From assembly GCA_963813535.1 (NCBI GenBank), contig CAWEZH010000002.1, positions 672,001 to 736,000 of the forward strand: DNA of 64,000 bases, read 5' to 3'. This document shows positions 56,945-64,000 of the stretch, one piece after another. The notes below the pieces were generated by a model, which ran no database searches, was not told where the DNA came from, and worked only from the letters and a program-made list of their open reading frames with translations. A program made the position numbers and the translations under genes. This DNA comes from an uncultured Chloroflexia bacterium (GTDB lineage: Bacteria > Chloroflexota > Limnocylindria > Limnocylindrales > CSP1-4). Position 1 is the first letter of the stretch. Each line of letters opens with the position of its first letter.

Positions 56945-58471
56945 TCAGTCCCGGTCGGCGGGATCGGCCGGCCCGGACGGTGCCCAGGGTGGCGGCACGG
57001 GCGGCGGCGGTTCGGCGGGCGTGGCGGACGACTGTCCGCGCCATGACGGTCGATCGGCACCGAGCGCAGCCGCGAGCGGATCCTCGACGTGCGGGTCGGC
57101 CGTCGCACCGGCCGGTATGAGGTTCGGGTCACGGAGCAGGACGCTCGCGACACCGGCCAGCATCACGGCGATCGCCACGGTGAGCATCACCGTCGCCGTG
57201 CCGATGAAGTCGGAGATCGGCCCGACGACGATGATCGGCACGAAGCTCGACACCGACACCAGCATGAACAGGACACCGAAGACGCGGCCCCGCACGTCTT
57301 CGGGCAGATCCTCCTGGAGCTGCGTCTGTGCCGGGATCGCCACCGCCGAATAGGCGATGCCCGCGATGAAGGCGATAAAGACCACGATGGCGAGCAGGGA
57401 CGTGATCGCGGACAGGTCGAGCAGGTCACCGGCCCGGTCGACCCGCTGCAGGAACTGGCTGATCGGTCCGGCCACCGACAGCAGCGCGAGCATCACGCCG
57501 AGCAGGATCAGGCCGCCTTCGATGACCCGCCGACGCGGCAGGAACTTGCCATACGAGTTGAGCAACAGGATGCCCATCACGATCCCGAGGCCCAGCGGCA
57601 GCACGATCACCGCGATGTCCTTCGGGCGCAGCCCGAGGGCAGATTGCGCGAAGTCCGGACCAAGAACGCCCAGCACACCGACGAGCGACGCCGTAATACC
57701 GAGGTACAGCAGGGACCACGCGATCGACCGATTCGACCTGATGATCGCGAAGCCCTCGCGGAGCTGGACCAGCGTCGATTCCACCGCCTGCTGGGTCTCG
57801 CCGACGGTCGTCCCCTGCCCGTTCGCTCGGGCGGGCGGCGGCGACGTGGGGAGGGTCCAGCAGAACACGGCGGCCAGGAAGTACAGGCCGGCGACGACGA
57901 GGATCACGGCCTGCGGCCCGGCGATGCTGATCACCAGCGGACCAAGCAGCGCGAACCCCAGCGCGAATGCGGCGTTCAGCGTGAGTGTGAAGACGCCGTT
58001 CGCAGCCAGGAGCTGCTGCCGCGGCACGACCTCCGGGATCATGGCCGCCTCCGCCGGAGCGAAGAAGACCGTCACCGTCGACACGAACAGGTTGAGCAGC
58101 AACAACAGCAGCAGGTGATCGCCGACCAGGAAGATGCCGATCATCGCGAACCCGCGCAGCACGTTGGTCGCGATGAGGACCAGTCGCCGGTCGATCCGGT
58201 CGACGTAGACCCCGGCGACGGCCGAGAAGAGGACGGCCGGGACGAGGAAGGACAGGATCAGCAGGCTGACTGCCGTGTTGGGGTTGTTCTCCGATACGAC
58301 GACCGTCAGCCCGAACAGCACCATGTTGCCGCCGATCTGGGTCGCGGCCTGCGACAGCCAGAGACGGAGGAACGGCGGGTTGCGGAAGACGGCGAGGGGG
58401 CCCTCGCCGGTGCCGGGCTCGGTGCCCGACTCGATCGCGTCGGACTCGAGCGGCACCCCGGAGTCGGTCAC
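56945..58471 (-). CDS. MFS transporter (DHA3-like)
   Basis: FLRLWLSQ, AGVYVDRIDRR, FFAPAEAAMIP, LPEDVRGRVFG; 12 TM. Confidence 0.9.
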   Translation of the reverse strand: MTDSGVPLESDAIESGTEPGTGEGPLAVFRNPPFLRLWLSQAATQIGGNMVLFGLTVVVSENNPNTAVSLLILSFLVPAVLFSAVAGVYVDRIDRRLVLIATNVLRGFAMIGIFLVGDHLLLLLLLNLFVSTVTVFFAPAEAAMIPEVVPRQQLLAANGVFTLTLNAAFALGFALLGPLVISIAGPQAVILVVAGLYFLAAVFCWTLPTSPPPARANGQGTTVGETQQAVESTLVQLREGFAIIRSNRSIAWSLLYLGITASLVGVLGVLGPDFAQSALGLRPKDIAVIVLPLGLGIVMGILLLNSYGKFLPRRRVIEGGLILLGVMLALLSVAGPISQFLQRVDRAGDLLDLSAITSLLAIVVFIAFIAGIAYSAVAIPAQTQLQEDLPEDVRGRVFGVLFMLVSVSSFVPIIVVGPISDFIGTATVMLTVAIAVMLAGVASVLLRDPNLIPAGATADPHVEDPLAAALGADRPSWRGQSSATPAEPPPPVPPPWAPSGPADPADRD

Positions 58472-58740
58472 GATGGACGGTCGGGCGGGATCCCTGCGTT
58501 CGAGGGATGGTCGGGGGTCACAGCGGCCGTGATCGTCGCGTCCCCCCGCTCGACGAACCCGTCGAGCCGCCGCTCGAGCGTCGCGCGCTCGATCAGCACG
58601 TGCCGACCGCAGGTCCGACAGCGCAGCCCGATGTCCGCGCCGAGTCGGTCGACGAGCCATGTGTCGCCACCGCAGGGATGCGTCCGACGCAGGCGGAGGA
58701 CATCGCCGAGCAGCAGGTCGAGGATGGGACGGTCCGGCAC
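58468..58740 (-). CDS. DUF951 family protein
   Basis: GDVLRLRRTHPCGG.W...RLGADIGLRCRTCGR. Confidence 0.88.
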   Translation of the reverse strand: MPDRPILDLLLGDVLRLRRTHPCGGDTWLVDRLGADIGLRCRTCGRHVLIERATLERRLDGFVERGDATITAAVTPDHPSNAGIPPDRPS

Positions 58741-58753
58741 GGCGGGCAGGGTA

Positions 58754-59428
58754 TCAGAGGCGCGGGTGACCATGGCTCGGCACCAGGTCGCGTTCCGTCG
58801 CGGGCACGCCGATGCGATCGAGCGGGGTCACCTCGACGAGCACATCGGGCTGGGTGGCCGACAGCTGGGCGATGATGCCGCCCGGCCGGGTCAACGAACC
58901 GGTGAGCTTGTCGGGGGCACCGATGGCGCTCAGCGTGAACAAATCCTCGAGTGCGACGCCGTCCAGGATCACGGCCCCGGCCGCGCCGACGGCGACGACA
59001 CCGGGGACGAGCCGGAGGTCGTCGATCGCCATCGCCTCGGCGCCGGCGTTGCGCAGCTCGTTCACGAGGTCCTCGACGCCGGGACCGTCGATCGGTCCGC
59101 GCACAGTGATCGAGACACCCGGGCCCATCGCCGGGTCGGTGCCCGCGTAGAGCCGGACGCGCCGCAGATCGGCCCGCAGCTCGTCGACCGACGCGTCGCC
59201 TCGATCGGTGTTCTGGGCGAGGACATCGAGCTCGCGCTCGAGGGTCGCGACCTCGGTCCGGAGCTGGTCGTTGCGGTCGTCGAGGTTGGCCACGAGGACG
59301 GTGAGGTCCTGCGAGGACAGACCGGCGAACGCGGTGCTGCTCGCCTGGGTGCGGAGCTGGATCACCACGAGCAGGCCGAGCAGGAACGTGACCGCGGCGA
59401 TCGTGACCTGGTTCCGGCGGCGACGCAT
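58754..59428 (-). CDS. DUF881 family protein
   Basis: N-terminal TM, coiled coil, GPGVSIT, LVNELRNAGAEAMAI. Confidence 0.88.
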   Translation of the reverse strand: MRRRRNQVTIAAVTFLLGLLVVIQLRTQASSTAFAGLSSQDLTVLVANLDDRNDQLRTEVATLERELDVLAQNTDRGDASVDELRADLRRVRLYAGTDPAMGPGVSITVRGPIDGPGVEDLVNELRNAGAEAMAIDDLRLVPGVVAVGAAGAVILDGVALEDLFTLSAIGAPDKLTGSLTRPGGIIAQLSATQPDVLVEVTPLDRIGVPATERDLVPSHGHPRL

Positions 59429-59430
59429 GG

Positions 59431-60180
59431 CTAGGGTGCCGGCTCAGGGCGCGCGTAGCGCAGCGTGACCGTGCCGGCGAACGCCGGGATATCGACCGAC
59501 TCGGGCTCGGCGACCGACACCTGGATGCCGAACCCCTGGGCGCGCGTCCGGATGAGATCGACGAAGCCGGGCGACCCCCCGAGTCGCGGATACAGGTCGT
59601 CCGGCCCGATCGCGGTCACCTGGTACGGCCCGGCCAGGTACGCCGCGTTGACCAGGATCGACGGACCGACATCGATGATCGCGGTGGTCGGCGTGATGCG
59701 CTCACCGTTGACGGCGATGGCCTCGGCCCCGGCAGCCCACAGCTCCTCGACGACCGATCGCACGTCGCGTGCCCGGACGAGGTAGTCGGCCTGGTCGGCA
59801 CCGGGCCCGACCGGCTCCATGGAGTCCGCGAGCTGGAGGACGATGCCGGTGCCGGCGAGCGGGATCAGACCGGCGGCGATGCGTGCGTCCTGGAGCTCGT
59901 CGTTGAGCTGGCGGACGAGCTCGGCCGACCCCTCACCGGCCTGCTCCGTCGACTGGATGCTGGAGCGCAACTCGAGGATGCGCGCCTTGAGCTCCTCCTG
60001 GCGTCGCTGGAGCTGGGTCGCCGTCTCGACGAGCGGAGAGCGCTCCTGCGTCGTGTACCGGACGCGCGGTCCCTCGGCGGCGAGTTGCGCCGCGATGAGG
60101 AAGCCGAGGCCGAGCAGGGCCGCTCCGAGGGTGATCTGCCAGCTCGGGATCGACCGCAGGCGTGCCGTCATCGAGGTCAC
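59431..60180 (-). CDS. DUF881 family protein
   Basis: N-terminal TM, coiled coil, LWAAGAEAIAVNGERI, PYQVTAIG. Confidence 0.88.
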   Translation of the reverse strand: MTSMTARLRSIPSWQITLGAALLGLGFLIAAQLAAEGPRVRYTTQERSPLVETATQLQRRQEELKARILELRSSIQSTEQAGEGSAELVRQLNDELQDARIAAGLIPLAGTGIVLQLADSMEPVGPGADQADYLVRARDVRSVVEELWAAGAEAIAVNGERITPTTAIIDVGPSILVNAAYLAGPYQVTAIGPDDLYPRLGGSPGFVDLIRTRAQGFGIQVSVAEPESVDIPAFAGTVTLRYARPEPAP

Positions 60181-61508
60181 CGCTCGGCGCGCCTCGACCG
60201 CGCCGCCACCAGCAGTACGACGCCACCGATCACGACGACGAAGGCGATCCACAGGCCGATCGACGGGACCGACGAATCTTGGGGAACGGCCGGGCCGCTG
60301 ACCGCCGGTGGCGGCGTCGCGACCGTGCCAGGGGCGACCGATGGTGCCGTGCCCCAGTCGGCCGGCCGTGGTCCGGTCGGCGCGGGCTGGGGGCCGTACT
60401 TCACGGGTTCCTTGGCACCGAGGTCCGCCAGCCACGCATCGTTGAACGCCGCGACGTCCATGCCGATCGCTCCCTCGAACGCCTCGTCGTCAGTACGCCC
60501 ATCGGCATACGACCGGACCAGCGACACGAGCGTGTCCTGGCCGTGTTCGCGAACGAGGTAGTCGATCGCGCTGACGCTCTCGGAATAGGCGAGCCCGAAC
60601 CCCGATCCGGTCGGGAACTGCGCGACGAGGCCATCGAGCGGGATGAGCTCGCCAGAATCGCCGGCGTTCTCGACGGCCGCGCGGTCACCGGCGTCGAAGC
60701 CGACGCTCAAGTACACGGCGAGACCCTCGTTCAGCCAGCGCGGCGGGAAGTGGTACGGGTTGTCGACCGCGGTGTCGAACACCATGTGGATGAGCTCATG
60801 CGGGACGACGTTCTCGACCCAGGGGTCGTCGATGGATGACGGCTCGATGTTGGCGAACAGCGTCCGGATCTCGGCATTCGCCTGGCCGCCCACGTTCTCA
60901 CGCGTGCCGGGGCCGAGCGCGTCATAGAACGCGGAGGTGTCCGCGTAGATGAAGAAGTCGACGGGTTCGGTCTCCTCGACGCCGAGCAGCTTGGCGGTCT
61001 CCTCGACCTCCTGCTCGCCGATACGCAGGGCGCGTTCGCCGAAGGCCTGATCGCCCTCGTACCAGTGGACGCGGACGACGTCGCCCCGCAGCGTCTTCCA
61101 GTCGAAGCGCTCGTCGCTCACGACGGTCCGCGCCTCCGGGCCGGTCCGGACGACGCCGTCGGTCGTGATCCGCCAGCGGACGCGGACCGGGGTATTGGGC
61201 AGGATATGGGCGTCCGGTCCACCCAGCGTGTGCCTGAGCGTCGTCTCGCCCGAGCCGGATGGCACGGACACCTCGCTGACCAGCGGTGCCGGGCTATCGG
61301 CCATCGTCACGAGGACCTCGATGCGCTCGGGCGCGCCGTCGAGCGTCACCGGCTGCGTCGCGACGACGCCTGCGTCGAATGACCCTTCGATCGACGGCCG
61401 CCCGAACTCGACGTTGGCGGCTCGGACCGGCAGCGTGATGACGCCCGACAGGCCGAGGGATAGCGCGACGACCGTGACGGCACGCAGAGGTCGCAAGGGA
61501 GCCCTCAT
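60177..61508 (-). CDS. Secreted or membrane-anchored zinc metallopeptidase (peptidase MA-like)
   Basis: Signal peptide, HELIH, PRWLNEGLA, AYSES, C-terminal TM plus basic tail. Confidence 0.88.
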   Translation of the reverse strand: MRAPLRPLRAVTVVALSLGLSGVITLPVRAANVEFGRPSIEGSFDAGVVATQPVTLDGAPERIEVLVTMADSPAPLVSEVSVPSGSGETTLRHTLGGPDAHILPNTPVRVRWRITTDGVVRTGPEARTVVSDERFDWKTLRGDVVRVHWYEGDQAFGERALRIGEQEVEETAKLLGVEETEPVDFFIYADTSAFYDALGPGTRENVGGQANAEIRTLFANIEPSSIDDPWVENVVPHELIHMVFDTAVDNPYHFPPRWLNEGLAVYLSVGFDAGDRAAVENAGDSGELIPLDGLVAQFPTGSGFGLAYSESVSAIDYLVREHGQDTLVSLVRSYADGRTDDEAFEGAIGMDVAAFNDAWLADLGAKEPVKYGPQPAPTGPRPADWGTAPSVAPGTVATPPPAVSGPAVPQDSSVPSIGLWIAFVVVIGGVVLLVAARSRRAER

Positions 61509-63062
61509 GGCGCTTCCCACGCCAGCCCGGCGAAGCGCACGGAACCGAGGCCGTTCTGTCCGGCGCCGAGGAGCCCGTCCTTCGCCAGGGCCCAGCCGGT
61601 GCCGTAGCTCATCGCGACCACCGGAACGTCGCGCTTGACGACATCCTCGGCCCGATCGAACGCGGCTCGTGCCGCGGCCTCGTCCGACGATGCACCCGCG
61701 TCGGCGATCGCGGCATCGAAATCGGGCGAGCTCCAGCTCCCGTAGTTGTTGGCGGAACCCGACCGGAGGAGCACGCCGAGGAAATCGTTCCGGCCGGGAT
61801 AATCGGCGACCCACGAGAGGAACCACATCTGCGGTGGATCCGTGTCGAGGCGGTCGAAGTACGACCCGAAGTCCATCGTCTCCTGGTCGATCGCGACGCC
61901 GAGCTCCCGCTCGAGCTCGGCGACCACGGCTTCGTCATACGGACTGCCGCCCGTCACCAGCGTCACCGGCGGGAAGCCCCGGCCGTTGCGGTAGCCCGCC
62001 TCGGCAAGGAGCGCGCGAGCGCCATCCGGGTCGTGATCCGGCAGGCGATCGGCATCGCTGCGGTCCGGGATCCCCGGCGGAACCATCGATGTCGCCACGG
62101 CCGCCGGGTCGTCGACCGCAAGCCGGGCGATGCGGCGCCAATCGACCGCCGCGCCGAACGCTCGGCGCACGCGCACGTCGTCGAACGGTGGCTCGATGGT
62201 GTCGAAGCCGTAGTAGTCGGTCGACATCGCGGGCGTCGTTCGCAGCCGGGGTCCGAGCGTCGCGTCGTAGGCGATCCATGAGGCGTCGGAGCTGCCGATC
62301 GGTGCGTAATCGAGGTCGCCGGCCTCGAACTCGTCGACCGGGCTCGCACCGCCGAGCCCGGTCACGACCGTGACCGTGCCGATCGCCGGCGGACCGGCCC
62401 AATACTCCTGATTCGCCTCGAGCGTCATGGTGTCGGCGTCCTCGGAGGCGAGTCGGTACCCGCCGCTCGCCACGAACCCGTCGCCGGCGCTCAACGCGTC
62501 GGATCGGTCGATGCCCACCGGGACGACGGCCAATGTCGGGCTCGCGGCGATGGCCGGGAAGTCGGCGGCACGCTCGGTCGAGCTCGACGACGATCTCGTT
62601 CGTCCCGTCGTCCGCGGTCAGCCCGACGTCGCTCGTCGAGCCCTCACCGTCGGCGTACGCCGTCGCGCCGCGCACATCGGCCAGCAACGAGGCAAGGGGC
62701 GAGGGTGACGCCGGGTCGATGACGCGGAACCAGCTCCGCAGGACATCGGTAGCGTGCAGGGGCGATCCGTCGCTGAAGCGCAGGTCGGGGCGCAAGCGGA
62801 AGACGACGCGCCGCCCGTCATCCTCGACGCGCCACGACTCGGCGAGTGCCGGCCTCAGCTCGAGTGACTCGTCGAACGTCGTGAGCGTCTCGAATAGCTG
62901 CGAGACGATCGCCGAGCTCTGCGCGTCACCGGTCCGTGCCGGATCCAGATCCGACGGCGCCTCGAGGGCGATGCGGACGGAGCCCTCGGCGGCGCCAGCC
63001 GGTCGCCCTCCGCAGGCGCCGACGAACAGGCAGATGAGTAGAAGGGACACCCGGCGCCGCAT
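61505..63062 (-). CDS. OppA-like substrate-binding lipoprotein, split by a +1 frameshift near 62571
   Basis: MRRRVSLLLICLFVGAC lipobox, LDPA, PALAESW, FSDG; downstream frame has PPFDDVRVRRAF and WVADYP. Confidence 0.85.
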
Positions 63063-63142
63063 CGGCCGGAGTATACGGGCGGTACCCATCTGGGCCCTGT
63101 GAGCCGTCCGGGATCTGCACCGCGGGCCTCTACGATGTCGGT

Positions 63143-64000
63143 ATGACGTTGCGCATCCGGAACACACTGACGCGGTCGGTGGAGGCGGTCGAGCCGCTCG
63201 AACCCGGCCGCGTGCGGATGTACACGTGCGGCCCGACCGTATACCGCTTCGCGCACGTCGGGAACCTGCGCTCGAACCTGCTGGCCGACCTCATCCGACG
63301 CGTGCTGCTGTACCACGGCATCGAGGTGTTCCACGTCAAGAACATCACCGACGTCGGACACCTGCGCGAGGACGAGTTCGACCGCGGCGAGGACCGGATG
63401 CTGGTGCAGGCCGGTCTCGAGCACAAGTCGACGGCCGAGATCGCCGATGCGTACGAGGCGGCGTTCCATGCCGACGAAGCCCTCGTCAACATCCTGCCGG
63501 CACACGTCTTCCCACGGGCGACCGAGCACATCGACGAGATGATCCAACTCGCGGAAGAGCTCGAGGACCTCGGACACGCCTATGCCTCCGAGATCGGCAA
63601 CGTGTACTACGCGGTCGGCTCCTTCGACGGTTACGGCAGCCTGTCTGGCAACTCCCTGGCGGACCTGCGGGCCGGTCACCGCGGTGAGGTCGAACCCGAC
63701 AAGCGCGACCCGGCCGATTTCGCGCTCTGGAAGGGCGCCGGCCCTCGCCGCTCCCTGAAGTGGCCGACCCCGCGGTGGGGCGACGGCTTCCCCGGCTGGC
63801 ACCTCGAATGCTCGGCCATGGCTCGGCGCTACCTCGGTGACCGGTTCGACCTGCACACCGGCGGCATCGACAACATCTTCCCCCACCACGAGGACGAGAT
63901 CGCCCAGTCGGCGCCGCTCGTCGGCGGTCCGCCCGCCCGCGTGTGGGTCCACGGCGAGCATCTCCTGATGGCCGGCCGGAAGATGGCGAAGTCGGCCGGC
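63143..64000 (+). CDS. cysS: Cysteine--tRNA ligase, 3'-truncated by the window (absent from the ORF track)
   Basis: MYTCGPTVY..AHVGNLR, NITDVG, DFALWK, PGWHLECSAM, DLHTGGIDNIFPHHE, KMAKS. Confidence 0.97.
   Translation, partial: MTLRIRNTLTRSVEAVEPLEPGRVRMYTCGPTVYRFAHVGNLRSNLLADLIRRVLLYHGIEVFHVKNITDVGHLREDEFDRGEDRMLVQAGLEHKSTAEIADAYEAAFHADEALVNILPAHVFPRATEHIDEMIQLAEELEDLGHAYASEIGNVYYAVGSFDGYGSLSGNSLADLRAGHRGEVEPDKRDPADFALWKGAGPRRSLKWPTPRWGDGFPGWHLECSAMARRYLGDRFDLHTGGIDNIFPHHEDEIAQSAPLVGGPPARVWVHGEHLLMAGRKMAKSAG

Noticed and set aside
212-63961. Many long overlapping or antisense ORFs in the track (e.g. 212-1819, 13780-15552, 21824-24169, 57089-59434, 62855-63961)
   Set aside because: Arg/Pro/Gly-rich shadow frames expected at about 70% GC, overlapping well-supported genes
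1-64000. CRISPR arrays, transposases, integrases, prophage or defence genes
   Set aside because: No regularly spaced repeat-spacer pattern or recognisable motifs of these families were found

Overview
A GC-rich (about 70%) bacterial core-genome window, by inference Chloroflexota and probably Limnocylindria-like; taxonomy was not searched. It holds a methylated-amine catabolic/ABC transport block, miaB-PHP-ymdB-rny-recX-recA, tgt, ruvB/ruvA/ruvC/yebC, a second EF-G, hisC, tyrS, a class A PBP, mutS2, pheST, infC-rpmI-rplT, thrS with a T-box, tRNA-Val(GAC), a noeB/noeA-like surface-modification trio, a DUF881/DUF951/MFS/asparaginase operon and the start of cysS. No mobile element, prophage or CRISPR array is visible. 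The most unusual signals are non-coding. (1) A roughly 120-bp promoter cassette with DosR/NarL-like boxes occurs twice, 1052 bp apart with identical internal spacing, and each copy is followed by a related hairpin with a six-C loop. One copy drives a secreted repeat protein; the other appears to drive only a ~70-nt RNA. (2) A stand-alone ~160-nt structured RNA candidate lies at 50.85-51.0 kb. (3) rny has a ~205-nt structured leader. (4) A MIRU-like coupling mini-ORF sits between pheS and pheT. (5) TANNNT boxes sit 6-10 nt before many start codons, suggesting widespread leaderless mRNAs. TGT carries substitutions suggesting queuine salvage. Four +1 frameshifts look like sequencing or assembly errors.
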